From: Verrucomicrobia subdivision 3 bacterium UBA6082
GTDB lineage: Bacteria; Verrucomicrobiota; Verrucomicrobiia; Limisphaerales; UBA8199
Direction: 5' to 3'
Assembly: GCA_002428665.1 (NCBI GenBank)
Contig: DIXK01000019.1
Span: 28,758 to 92,757 of the forward strand
DNA length: 64,000 nt
A model generated the notes under the pieces. It did not search any database and was not told the origin of the DNA. It saw only the letters and a program-made list of their open reading frames with translations. Position numbers and translations under genes: made by a program. Numbering within the stretch: the first letter of the stretch is position 1; the number at the start of each line of letters is the position of its first letter. Shown here one piece after another: positions 19,801-29,429 of the stretch.

Positions 19801-22659
19801 TTACTTAATCGCCGGTGGTTCGTCGGCAACGGCATTTGCTGCCAATCCAAACGCCGAAACCATGTTTGAGTAATCACTTTCTCGCCCGGCATCATCGAGG
19901 GCTGTAACCACGTAGTAATAAGCTCTGCCGCGGACCAGCTGCTTTTCCACGAATTTGGTTCCTGCGCTAATCGTCGCCCGCAAGCTGAAAGGGCCGGTTG
20001 GCGACGTCGCTCGGTATATCCTGTTCTGGGTGATGTTCGGACTCACCGACTGCTTCCATTCAAGCTGGATCCCTTTGCGTTCCAGCGGCTGCACCTGCAA
20101 TTCGGTTGGTGGAAGAACTACTGGCGCTTGAGGTCTGGCGGCAACTTCGTTGGAGTTCGAACTTTCACCGCCGGCATTTGCCGCGGTGACCACGTAATAA
20201 TATGTCGCCCCGTTCAGCACCGCAGTATCGACATAGCTGGTCCCTGTCAGGCCGGACGCCACTATATTGTAAGGTCCACCCGGAAAATCGCTGCGCTTGA
20301 CCTTATAGGTGGTTGCAGTATCCGAGGCATTCCAGGACAGGGCAACACGGGCATCTCCCGCAGAAACCGTTAAACCGGTGGGAGCTGCCGGGGGCGGAGG
20401 CGGGCTCGCTGGAGTTGTAACGCTCGCCAGGGCGGAATAGGGCGACGCGCCGGTGTCGTTGAAGGCGTAGGCACGGTAATAATAGGTCGTTGCGCCGCTC
20501 AGGCCAGGATCGCCGAAGGTCGTAACGTTGGCTCCCAACAAGGCGACTTGGGTAAAGGCCGAGCCGTCCGTTGAACGCTCGATGCCGAATCCCGTTTCGT
20601 TATTTGCATTGTCCGTCCAAGTCAGATCGACCCGGGAAGCGGAAACCGCCGTTGCCGTGAGCGCAGTAGGCATGGCTGGCGGAGGTTCCGTCGGAGACAT
20701 CGAGGTGGGAGTTGCACGACCGGTCATGGAGTAATCCGAAGTGCCTACTGAATTGTAAGAACGGACACGGTAGTAATACGAATTGCCGGCCAGGAGGCCT
20801 GAATCAAAGGCGGCGGTTACGTTTGCGCCCACCATGCCAATTTCGCTGAAGCTGACACCATCCGCGGAACGCTCGATTCTGAAGCCGCTTTCGCTGCTCG
20901 AATTATCGGCCCAAACGAGCTTGATCTCAGTCTCGGACAGCACGGCGGCGGCGGGCCCGCCGGGAGCTGCGGGTCTTATGGCGGACACGCGCGTCAGACC
21001 GCGTTCAGAACGGGAAAAATTGTGGCAGGTGGAACAATCATATCCCTTATCGCGCACGTGTTTATCGTGATTCGCGACGAAACCTTTGGACGTTTTGGTT
21101 CCATGACACTGACTGCAGACCTGGGTCGCTGGGCCCTTGGGCGCATACCCAAGATTGACCTGGAGATTCATGCGGACGGGGCCGCCGCTTGTATAAGAGG
21201 AGTGACAGGCGCCACATTGAAGAGCATTTTCAGAGACTTCCACGCCATGGTTGATGGTTTGGTATTCCTTCACCGGAACGACACTAGCCGGGCCATCCAT
21301 ACCAGAAAGAAGCTGGCCGGCGGCCACGGCCTGGGCAAACTCTCCCGAAGTGAAGAAGGCAAATGTCGAATGAGGAATCAAGAGGCCGGTGGAATCCTGA
21401 ATGGCCGAGTTTGAGCGATGGAGCTTCATGGGAAACAGCTTGGCCCCTGTCGACTGCACGCTGCCGTTTGGCAGAGCCAACAGATATTCGCCCTGGGGGT
21501 CCTGGACCGGAACCTGCCCCAGCACACTGGCCAGGCTGGTGCCATCAAACCATTGGTATGTAGGAACCACGTTCGAGGCACGCACCTCCGACGGCACCCA
21601 ACCGCCTTGCCCGCGGCAGGCGGTCGGCGAGAAATCGGCATGCAACCAGTCCCGCTCCATCTCGGTGCTCTTGTCTTTGGCGAAATGCGGGATGTGGCAG
21701 CTCTGGCACGCGACACGCATGGCGTGCACGTCGCGGCTGGCCCCAGCGCGCGCGCTGAAATCCCCGTGCGGGCGCTCCGTGTGGCAGCGTGCGCAGGCTA
21801 GCGGCTGCGTGCTGTCGTTCGGACGCAAGTCAACGCCGCGTCCCATCACACGATGTCCGCCTGCGCTGTGACAGTTGGCGCAACTGAGATCCGCTCCTGA
21901 CGAACTCATATGGACATCGGAGGTCAATGATGGGTTTGCGTTGACGGTGGAAATGTCGCCTCGCTTGCCACCATCACTGCCGCCAGCACCCGCATGACAA
22001 CGCAGGCATGAGATTCGCGTGGGCAGATGAACGGTCTGCGCCGCCTGGAGAATGGAAATGGCCATTTTTGCGGTGTCCGGAATAAAATCAAATCCAGTTT
22101 CATCCTCGATGACGCTTTGAATCGTATGGAGCGAACCGTCCGCACCGGGAAAAGTCAGCGGCTCGAAAGGGCCCGCAGGGGTCCGTTTGTAGGCGTCCTG
22201 GTGGCACATCATGCAGTCGATGTTTGCCAGTTGACCGAGACTCATTTCTGTCGAGGGAATCCGCCCGTTGCCGACGTGGCAAGTAGCACAAGTCGCCCGG
22301 GATGAGGTGGCTGGGGTGCCGCAGTACGAGTTCATAACCAAGCCACCGTTGCTGCCTTTGCCTGCCGGCCCGTCGATGTTCGCCACATTGGGCGTATTGC
22401 CCATCTCCTGATAATGCACTGATCCGAACATATCTCGTGCTTGTTGCTCGTGGCAGGCGATACAGGTTACCGGCCCTTCGTAGGAGGTGATCGTAGCGTG
22501 AGCCTGCTGCGCTTCGGGGGAGATCGGAATCACTTGTCCTGCGGCGGGCAGCGCCACGGACAAAGCCATGGCTAAGGAGGCGATTGAATGAGCCGAGCTG
22601 CATTGGGCCCGAAAACGTTTACAAGTTTGGTTCAAGAACTTCATAAGGCGGCATTTCAT
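19801..22659 (-). CDS. decaheme c-type cytochrome fused to four fibronectin type III domains
   Basis: Ten CxxCH motifs (CIACH, CATCH, CMMCH, CLRCH, CANCH, CARCH, CQSCH, CGACH, CSQCH, CSTCH). Four C-terminal FN3-like repeats follow (..W.DNS..E.GF.IERS.DG..F...; ..YYYRV.A.N..G.S). Signal peptide after the ATG at 22659; the ORF is open to 23007. Confidence 0.85.
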   Translation of the reverse strand: MKCRLMKFLNQTCKRFRAQCSSAHSIASLAMALSVALPAAGQVIPISPEAQQAHATITSYEGPVTCIACHEQQARDMFGSVHYQEMGNTPNVANIDGPAGKGSNGGLVMNSYCGTPATSSRATCATCHVGNGRIPSTEMSLGQLANIDCMMCHQDAYKRTPAGPFEPLTFPGADGSLHTIQSVIEDETGFDFIPDTAKMAISILQAAQTVHLPTRISCLRCHAGAGGSDGGKRGDISTVNANPSLTSDVHMSSSGADLSCANCHSAGGHRVMGRGVDLRPNDSTQPLACARCHTERPHGDFSARAGASRDVHAMRVACQSCHIPHFAKDKSTEMERDWLHADFSPTACRGQGGWVPSEVRASNVVPTYQWFDGTSLASVLGQVPVQDPQGEYLLALPNGSVQSTGAKLFPMKLHRSNSAIQDSTGLLIPHSTFAFFTSGEFAQAVAAGQLLSGMDGPASVVPVKEYQTINHGVEVSENALQCGACHSSYTSGGPVRMNLQVNLGYAPKGPATQVCSQCHGTKTSKGFVANHDKHVRDKGYDCSTCHNFSRSERGLTRVSAIRPAAPGGPAAAVLSETEIKLVWADNSSSESGFRIERSADGVSFSEIGMVGANVTAAFDSGLLAGNSYYYRVRSYNSVGTSDYSMTGRATPTSMSPTEPPPAMPTALTATAVSASRVDLTWTDNANNETGFGIERSTDGSAFTQVALLGANVTTFGDPGLSGATTYYYRAYAFNDTGASPYSALASVTTPASPPPPPAAPTGLTVSAGDARVALSWNASDTATTYKVKRSDFPGGPYNIVASGLTGTSYVDTAVLNGATYYYVVTAANAGGESSNSNEVAARPQAPVVLPPTELQVQPLERKGIQLEWKQSVSPNITQNRIYRATSPTGPFSLRATISAGTKFVEKQLVRGRAYYYVVTALDDAGRESDYSNMVSAFGLAANAVADEPPAIK

Positions 22660-23151
22660 GGTACCGTCTTTTGAGCAACCCATGTACCAAGAGGGTTGCG
22701 GTCCAAGCCACGTGGAATCCCCATAAACCAACTCGGATAATTCACCTCTGTGGAAGTGGCGTCGTATCAAGCCCCACCCGCGACGACCGCCACCGAATTT
22801 TCCAGGCGAATTCCCGAAGAATATTGTCTGTCGCGGCTTGGGTGCCACCCTCATTTCAATTCGATCTGTCACATACACGTGAAACCGACCCGGAGTTGTC
22901 ACACGCATGCGACAATCGGCGCCGCTGGGACAATGCTGATTACATGCGAATCTATGGTGGACTTCCTGGCGATTTGCCGCGCTGCCAAATGCGGTGAGAA
23001 TCCGCAAGAAAGCAGGGGAGGGGTTTGAACGCTCACCCGGCTTGGCAGACAGGAAACTCGCGGGAGTCGTTATTCGGGGATGAGCATGCTTGCTTTGGCT
23101 GGGTTGGCCAGCATCATGACAGTTGGTGATGTGAAAAACCGGCTATTGATT

Positions 23152-24597
23152 ATGCGACGATCTTTTGCGACTCGTTCGACCTGTGCGGCCCTGCTCCTGG
23201 CCATGGCCACGGCTCCCGCCTTTTCACAGGAAACCCAGGTAATCCATGCGGTTGCGGACCTGGGCCATCAATTCACGTTTTATGCCGATGGCCGATTCCA
23301 CAAGCAATATCTGCCCGACCAGCCGTATGCATCCAGTTGGGGCTCGTTGTTCAACTTCGATTTCTCCAACGCCAACCTGCTCCTGTTGCTGGGATGCGAT
23401 GCCCATCTCTCTTATTGGCCTGAGGATATAAACACCATCACGAGTTTTCTCCAGGAAGGTGGAGGCGTCATCCTTCTGGGAGCCGTCAGCGATGAAGCCC
23501 AGAACGCGCTTGCCCGTACTTTCGGTTGCGCGTTCGACAAACCCGCCGTCAAACCGCTGAAAGCAGCCTCCTCCCCCGTCTCGGGCGAGGTTGCCGGCGG
23601 CGGTGACACACTGCACCTGGACGAAGCCAAACTGTGGCAGGTGCTGGTGACTGATGCTCGGGGAGCCCCGATGTTGGCACGGCGAAAGGTGGGTCGCGGC
23701 ACCTTGGTGGCAGGCGCCCGCGGCTTGGCGGGACAGAATCCAAATGCCAGCGACAATATCAATGCCGCCTGGTGGCAACCGCTCCTTGTGGACGCTGCTT
23801 CCGGCAAGAAAGTCGATTCCAACAAACCTTTTCGGAGCCGCGGTATCGGGGATTTGGAGCATAGCGAGAACCTTGGACAAATCACCCTGCGGTATAGCGA
23901 CTATCTAAAACCTTTTGCCAAGGCGATGGCGGATATTTATCTGCGGTGCCGTCCCGTGATCGAGAAACGCATGGGGGTACCCCTGTCCGAAGGCATGGCG
24001 TCTGAGATTGGCCTGCTCGCCACCGGCGGTGGTGGTTTCTCCTCCGGCCGTATGCTTGGTCTGGCCGTGTTCTGGGGCGATTTCCCGACCCGCGAAGACA
24101 GCATGATTGAATTCATTACTCACGAATCCGTTCATTCCTGGGTCCTGCCTTTCGCCGAAATCTGGAACGAGCCTATTGCCACGTATGTGGGCAACCTGGT
24201 CATGATCGACCTGGGCCACGAAGCCGAAGCTCGTCGCCGCATTGCGAGCACGATCAACCGCGCCTCCCGCCTGGATCCCACGATGAAAATCTACGACTTG
24301 GATGGCCGCGGCCCAACCGGCACGCGAAAGCTCAGTGCCGGTGAAGCCAATGATATCCACTGGGGGAAGACCTACTGGATTCTGGAACAACTGCGCCAGG
24401 AGAATCCAGAGATTCTCCCTCTCTACTTCCAGGCCAAACGCCGTCTGGCCACCCCGGATAAAACCAGGAAATATGACGCCAACATCACCGTAGCCCTGCT
24501 CAGCATCGGGATGAAACGGGATCTGTTCCCCTGGTTCCGGGAGCATGGCATCAATGTAGAACTGTCCAACTCCCCGATCCCTATCACGCAACCATGA
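23152..24597 (+). CDS. secreted hypothetical protein with HExxH zinc-metallopeptidase motif
   Basis: Signal peptide MRRSFATRSTCAALLLAMATAPAFSQ and ITHESVHSW (HExxH). No further family assignment possible by eye. Confidence 0.5.
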   Translation: MRRSFATRSTCAALLLAMATAPAFSQETQVIHAVADLGHQFTFYADGRFHKQYLPDQPYASSWGSLFNFDFSNANLLLLLGCDAHLSYWPEDINTITSFLQEGGGVILLGAVSDEAQNALARTFGCAFDKPAVKPLKAASSPVSGEVAGGGDTLHLDEAKLWQVLVTDARGAPMLARRKVGRGTLVAGARGLAGQNPNASDNINAAWWQPLLVDAASGKKVDSNKPFRSRGIGDLEHSENLGQITLRYSDYLKPFAKAMADIYLRCRPVIEKRMGVPLSEGMASEIGLLATGGGGFSSGRMLGLAVFWGDFPTREDSMIEFITHESVHSWVLPFAEIWNEPIATYVGNLVMIDLGHEAEARRRIASTINRASRLDPTMKIYDLDGRGPTGTRKLSAGEANDIHWGKTYWILEQLRQENPEILPLYFQAKRRLATPDKTRKYDANITVALLSIGMKRDLFPWFREHGINVELSNSPIPITQP

Positions 24598-24606
24598 GAT
24601 ACGCGA

Positions 24607-24630
24607 TGTATGTTGGCGCACAATCTGTCC
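24607..24630 (+). repeat. left terminal inverted repeat of the element
   Basis: TGTATGTTGGCGCACAATCTGTCC, followed by further TGTCC copies at 24641 and 24648 and an inverted GGACC at 24727. Confidence 0.55.
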
Positions 24631-24767
24631 CGTTTTTTCATGTCCAATGTCCGAAAACCAAGGTAAAAGCTCTCAGGCGCCTGCTTTGGAGCTTTTTTAA
24701 AAACGCTCCAAAAAGCGTCTGTTTTCGGACCTAATCGGAACAGCCGGCGGATACCCTGATCTGCCTG

Positions 24768-25283
24768 CTATTGCCTGCTTGAAACGGCCTCTTTTTCCCC
24801 GGCCGTAAATTGGTTCAACTTGGCCCTAAGGGTTCGCTGTAACGCTGCCTTGTAGATGGCCAGGCCGTGCACGGTCTCGCCGCCCGGTGGCAGCACCCGA
24901 GCCTTAATGCCCTGGCAGTAGGAATCCGGGAATCCAAGGGAGGCCAACTGGCCTTCAATGGCCCGGATCTCCGCCTTCAACCCATGGTCAATGTAACGGT
25001 CCCTGCTAGTCTCGGCGCTTGTGTTTTTCTGTGACCAGAACCGTCTTTGCCGAAACACTGCAGAGGGCTTGCAGGGGGCCTGCACTTTGCCCAAATCGAC
25101 CCGGCGCCAGTAAATCGCCTCGAGGTAAGCCAGGCACCTATCCAGGTCCCGGTTGGTTAGCTTGGGATCTGTAGAAGACCTGCAGCCGGCCACAGCCCCT
25201 AGGGCGTCTCGATATTCGCCGTCCTCAAGCCCGGCCTCGCGCTGCGCTCGTTTTAACAGGATCTGTTGGGATCTGGTTAGCAT
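24768..25283 (-). CDS. GemA/gp16-like (DUF1018-like) Mu regulatory protein
   Basis: ILLKRAQREAGLEDGEYRDALGAVAGCRSS...DLDRCLAYLE and EIRAIEGQLASLG resemble Mu GemA/gp16-family proteins. The ATG at 25283 lies 5 nt after the ATPase stop. Confidence 0.5.
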   Translation of the reverse strand: MLTRSQQILLKRAQREAGLEDGEYRDALGAVAGCRSSTDPKLTNRDLDRCLAYLEAIYWRRVDLGKVQAPCKPSAVFRQRRFWSQKNTSAETSRDRYIDHGLKAEIRAIEGQLASLGFPDSYCQGIKARVLPPGGETVHGLAIYKAALQRTLRAKLNQFTAGEKEAVSSRQ

Positions 25284-25287
25284 GCGG

Positions 25288-26895
25288 TCACTGGGGCAAG
25301 AGTTGAGCCACTTCCCGAACGCCTTCCAGGTCATCATCCGAGGCTGGCTGAGCAGCCGGACGAGATCTCAAGGCAAATGGCGATGGCTCCTCGAGCTCTC
25401 CCATCGTCGGCGCAAGGTGCTCTACGTGTCGCGCCCGGCCGCTTCGCGGAGCTACGGCCGCAGCCAGAGCAGCATCGGATGGGATCACGCTGCCAACGAT
25501 GGCCCGGCGCAGGTCCTCTTCCTCAATCTGTGCCCGCCCGGCCTGGTTGGCTAGGTAGCGAGCGCGCCGCGCGGCCGTATCGATCGCGGCCAAATACTTT
25601 GCAGAGGCCTTAGCGTAAAGCACCAGCATCTTAATGGTTCGCCGGTCTCCTTCGGGCAATACGGACCTGGAAACGGCTTCGAGATCCTGATCCGAGAGCT
25701 TTTCTGGCAACTTCTGGTAGTGGCCCAGTCGCCCAGTAAATTGCTCGGATGCCCATCGCGTTTTGGCCTCCATCAGCTTCTGGGTCCTCATAAACTGGGG
25801 CGTAGTCACCAGAGCCACAGGCACCCCCATGTTGACCAGGGCGGTCATTAGCCAGTTCACCCGGCTGGGCAGGGACCTGGGGTCGATTAGGTTCGGCCAA
25901 AGGTAATGTGCTTCGTCCAAAACCAGCATCAGCCCGCCCCGCTGCAAAACATCCTCAATCCTGTCGCGCAGTTCAATCGCCTTACGATTGAGATTCACGG
26001 CCACGCCAAGGCTTTTGGCGATCGACCGGAAAAAACCAATTTCGTCATTCGTGCTCGGGACCTGCACATAGCGAGCTTGCCCTGGGTGCATCTCGCACCA
26101 GGCCTTGGCCGAGTGTGTCTTGCCCGTGCGGGCCAGCCCGTCGATCAGAACCATGCAACCACTCTGCAGTGCGTAGTCGAGCGTGTCGTAAACCTGTTTG
26201 CCGAGGGCTGTAACCACCGTGCGCTGCCGGCACTCCGCGATCTGCCCAGTCATGTATTCACGGAGCGTGCTGACTAGATCAGGGAAATACCACGGCCCGC
26301 CGACGATGGGCATTGATGGGTCCAGGCACAGCCTAGTCAAGTAGTCTAGCAGCCCCGAATCTGCCGCATTCCTGCAGCAGTCCAAAAAGACATCGCCGGG
26401 ATATGACGCCGGCCTGGTCGCGGCCTCGGCGTCGGCGATTTCATTCCTATGAATCGCAGCCTCAGCAATTCGCCTATCTTCAAGCAGGTAACTGTCACCC
26501 TCTGGGACTGCCGGCAAGGTGGCGATAGTCGCCGCCGAAAACTCGCCCCGAAGCAAAAATGACTCGGAGTCCGCATACGGAAGCTCATCTCGGATGGCCT
26601 TAACCCATTCGGCGCGAACCTGTCGACCGCGAGCAACCTTGAACCGTTGCATTGATGGGGTCTGGATTCGATCAGGGTAAGCCTCCACGAGCTGGCGGCA
26701 GAGTAACTGCAAGCCACCCTCAGCATGAGACCGCGCTTGGATAAACCAGATTAGCTCGCGCTCGCTGGGCGATTCCGGCAGCGCACACCGTTGAGCAACT
26801 AAGTTGGCCAGCAGCCCGCGTTGATACTCCAAGCTGCTGGCGTATCGTTCCTGTCGCAGTGGACCTCCGGTCTTAGCTGTTCGGGTGCTACTCAT
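25288..26895 (-). CDS. AAA+ transposition ATPase (MuB/TniB-like)
   Basis: Walker A GLARTGKTHS and Walker B LMLVLDEAHYL. Its start overlaps the transposase stop (ATGA). Confidence 0.8.
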   Translation of the reverse strand: MSSTRTAKTGGPLRQERYASSLEYQRGLLANLVAQRCALPESPSERELIWFIQARSHAEGGLQLLCRQLVEAYPDRIQTPSMQRFKVARGRQVRAEWVKAIRDELPYADSESFLLRGEFSAATIATLPAVPEGDSYLLEDRRIAEAAIHRNEIADAEAATRPASYPGDVFLDCCRNAADSGLLDYLTRLCLDPSMPIVGGPWYFPDLVSTLREYMTGQIAECRQRTVVTALGKQVYDTLDYALQSGCMVLIDGLARTGKTHSAKAWCEMHPGQARYVQVPSTNDEIGFFRSIAKSLGVAVNLNRKAIELRDRIEDVLQRGGLMLVLDEAHYLWPNLIDPRSLPSRVNWLMTALVNMGVPVALVTTPQFMRTQKLMEAKTRWASEQFTGRLGHYQKLPEKLSDQDLEAVSRSVLPEGDRRTIKMLVLYAKASAKYLAAIDTAARRARYLANQAGRAQIEEEDLRRAIVGSVIPSDAALAAAVAPRSGRARHVEHLAPTMGELEEPSPFALRSRPAAQPASDDDLEGVREVAQLLPQ

Positions 26896-29429
26896 GGCGT
26901 TGGCTCGCTTTCGCTGATTTGGTCCCCCGGCCCGTCCGAGTCCTTATCGGGGCTAAATAGATTGGCTATGTCACCGACGGCGAAAGGCTCAGGGCTTATA
27001 TCGTCCTCCGCTGACGGCTTCAGCATGCGATAGAGCTCGATCGCTGACTCCTGCTTTTCAGCGTCCCCCCGGTGAAATTCCAGGGCTGATTGCACGTCCT
27101 GCTCAGTTAAAGGCGTGCTGCGGATACGACGGAGCAGGGCCGCCTCCTGCCGGCGCCGATCGGCGGCTTGTTTCTTTTCCTCATTTAATCTTGATTGCAG
27201 CTCTTCTATCTCCTGGCCAAGCTTGACTGTCTCGGGAGTTGCGAAGACGCGCCTAAAATTAGGGTCGTGTTCCAATCGGAGCGCGCGGTAATAAGCCTTA
27301 GCGGGAGCATTATGTTGTGCAGCCCGCCTTAGTTCCTGGGATAGCAAATCCGGCGGGGCACCCAACCCTGGCACTTTTTGAGATTTCTCTACAATAAACG
27401 GGTTCTGCTGGTCCAAATCTGTAACCACGATCGAGTCAGGTATCTCTTGATCAAACCAGACCAGAACCTTCTGATTGACCAGCCATCCCGTTTTCTCGTT
27501 ACGATAAACACCACCGCCAAATGAACGCGGAAGCCGAATCCCGTTGCGCGTAACTCTCATCATGCTCCCATGATGTGACAGCTTGTAACGAAGCCAGGCA
27601 GGGAGTTTGGTCTGCGGATCGCTCGTTTTTTGCCGGTTTACAAATGCCGCGTCAGGGGACAGTCCCTCGCACAATTTGCCGTCTTGCGGGGTGGCGTTAT
27701 ACTTCGTGCAGATTTCATGCAAGCGCGACACCCATTGATTGGCGCTCAGGAATACATCGCTCGGATTCATCCGTCGCGCTTTAACAGCAAGTATAGCCTT
27801 CTGAACTCGCTCGAACTTGTCTTTACGCTCATCCCGACCAACGTAACCAGGGGTCGCCTCCATGAGGTCCTGAGCCGCCCCAATCACCCGCTCTACCAGC
27901 TTGACTCGCGCCGATCGGGCATGGATGAATTTCAGCCCAATATCACGAAAGCCTTTCTCTACTTCTGCGTTGGAAAAAGCAGTCCCATATGCCTTGCCCC
28001 CGGTAATGAGGCGAGAGGTTTCCCATATTCCGCCCTCAAAAACAAAGCCATATCTCGGCAAGCCGAATTCATCACAGGAGCGAGTCATCAACGTGCGGAT
28101 CGCACGGGCGTTGTAACTCCTGGACGAAAGCAAAATGAAGTCCAGAATTCTAGTAGACCTTAAGTCTATCATTATCAGGCACTGCCCCCTCATTAATGAA
28201 TACCACCCGTTCCCGTCCGGTTCATAATAGTAGACCGGTAATGTGACGTCGTCGGCCTGGTAAGCGTCGCCCGTGAAGACAGGCGACCAGTCGCGGTCAA
28301 TATAAGCACCGTTCAGTTTAGCTTGTTGGGGGCCGCGGTGAATGTTTTTGACAAGTCTGACCTTAGGCTGGACAAGGTCCCGAATCTTCCGGGGCACATG
28401 GGACTTGCTTCGGGGATTTGCGAGGTAATGCCCCGAAACCTCGGGGCCGAGCTTGTCCTTAACGTCCCGCCAGGCCTGAGAAACCCGGCTGCCAGTCTGG
28501 AAAACCGCATGGCCGACAATTCCATCCACGTCAGGCTTGGACAGATCTGGCGCTCTGAAAAACCCGGATTTATGCGGCCTTTGGTCTGTCACGGCCGACG
28601 GAATCCTCCCAGCCCGGACCCAGGCGGAGTATTTCCTGTCCCACTGTTTCCGCAACCCAGCGGGGCTGCCGGCGAGATAGTGGGAGGACTTCTCCAGGAA
28701 GGCCAGCAACCGACGCTTTTCCCGCTTCTGAGGCTTGCCGGCAGCGATCCCACGGTCAAACTCTTCGAACGCACTCACCCAGAGCATGGCCACTTCATCG
28801 CTCGATGGCTTACTCGGGTCCCTAAAGCTGGCGATACGCTTCTGTAGGGCCGGGATGGAAATGACCTGGCCGGTGGCGTTATCTGCGGCTTGAGTGCCGG
28901 CGTTATCGTCCAGGTAGATATCCAACCTTCCCCAATTCTCAACCCCAGCGTCCCTGGCTACCGTTCGATGAAAGAGACGGCGCCAGTGCCTGGCTGAAAT
29001 CGAAAACCCAAAGGCCTGCTTGTAGCCAGCCAGGCCGATGGCCTCGAAGTCCGCCTCCGAAATGCTTAGGTCATTAATCCGGGCGAGCGCAGGCGCTAAG
29101 GCTTTTTGTAGCATGGCTGCCTTCTCCTGGTGCCGGGGGCTGGCGTCCTTGAAGGCCACTGCCGGGTGCCAGGTCTGCTGCGGCGACAAGAGCAACTGCT
29201 CCGCGTTTCTGTAGCTGAGCTTGGCAGCCTGGCTGTTTAAACGCTCCTGCATCGCCGCCGGCAGCGCGCACAGATCCCAAGCGCTGGCCGGATTGCCGGA
29301 CACCACCACGACCCGGCCGGCGGGCGTGGATCGCAGCGCGGACAGCACCCAGCGCTTTGACAGGCCTAAGGCCAGCGCAATCTGCGCCGCAGTGAAGGAT
29401 TGAGTCGAGGTCTGGGGCTCAGAGGTCAT
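26892..29429 (-). CDS. DDE transposase, MuA/TnsB (rve-like) family
   Basis: N-terminal HTH (TAAQIALALGLSKRWVLSAL). Core motifs YQADDVTL, LIMIDLRSTRILDF, GLPRYGFVFEGGIWETS and ARVKLVERVIG parallel the Mu/Tn7 transposase catalytic regions. Confidence 0.8.
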   Translation of the reverse strand: MTSEPQTSTQSFTAAQIALALGLSKRWVLSALRSTPAGRVVVVSGNPASAWDLCALPAAMQERLNSQAAKLSYRNAEQLLLSPQQTWHPAVAFKDASPRHQEKAAMLQKALAPALARINDLSISEADFEAIGLAGYKQAFGFSISARHWRRLFHRTVARDAGVENWGRLDIYLDDNAGTQAADNATGQVISIPALQKRIASFRDPSKPSSDEVAMLWVSAFEEFDRGIAAGKPQKREKRRLLAFLEKSSHYLAGSPAGLRKQWDRKYSAWVRAGRIPSAVTDQRPHKSGFFRAPDLSKPDVDGIVGHAVFQTGSRVSQAWRDVKDKLGPEVSGHYLANPRSKSHVPRKIRDLVQPKVRLVKNIHRGPQQAKLNGAYIDRDWSPVFTGDAYQADDVTLPVYYYEPDGNGWYSLMRGQCLIMIDLRSTRILDFILLSSRSYNARAIRTLMTRSCDEFGLPRYGFVFEGGIWETSRLITGGKAYGTAFSNAEVEKGFRDIGLKFIHARSARVKLVERVIGAAQDLMEATPGYVGRDERKDKFERVQKAILAVKARRMNPSDVFLSANQWVSRLHEICTKYNATPQDGKLCEGLSPDAAFVNRQKTSDPQTKLPAWLRYKLSHHGSMMRVTRNGIRLPRSFGGGVYRNEKTGWLVNQKVLVWFDQEIPDSIVVTDLDQQNPFIVEKSQKVPGLGAPPDLLSQELRRAAQHNAPAKAYYRALRLEHDPNFRRVFATPETVKLGQEIEELQSRLNEEKKQAADRRRQEAALLRRIRSTPLTEQDVQSALEFHRGDAEKQESAIELYRMLKPSAEDDISPEPFAVGDIANLFSPDKDSDGPGDQISESEPTP

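Noticed and set aside
24600-24606. 7-bp direct repeat TACGCGA (24600-24606 and 37419-37425, the latter inside the tRNA-Arg acceptor arm) as a possible att core or target duplication
   Set aside because: A single 7-mer match between two short regions is expected by chance fairly often. It does not abut the TIR tip on the right side. No tyrosine or serine integrase gene is present. The tRNA is complete with an encoded CCA. I keep it only as a note.
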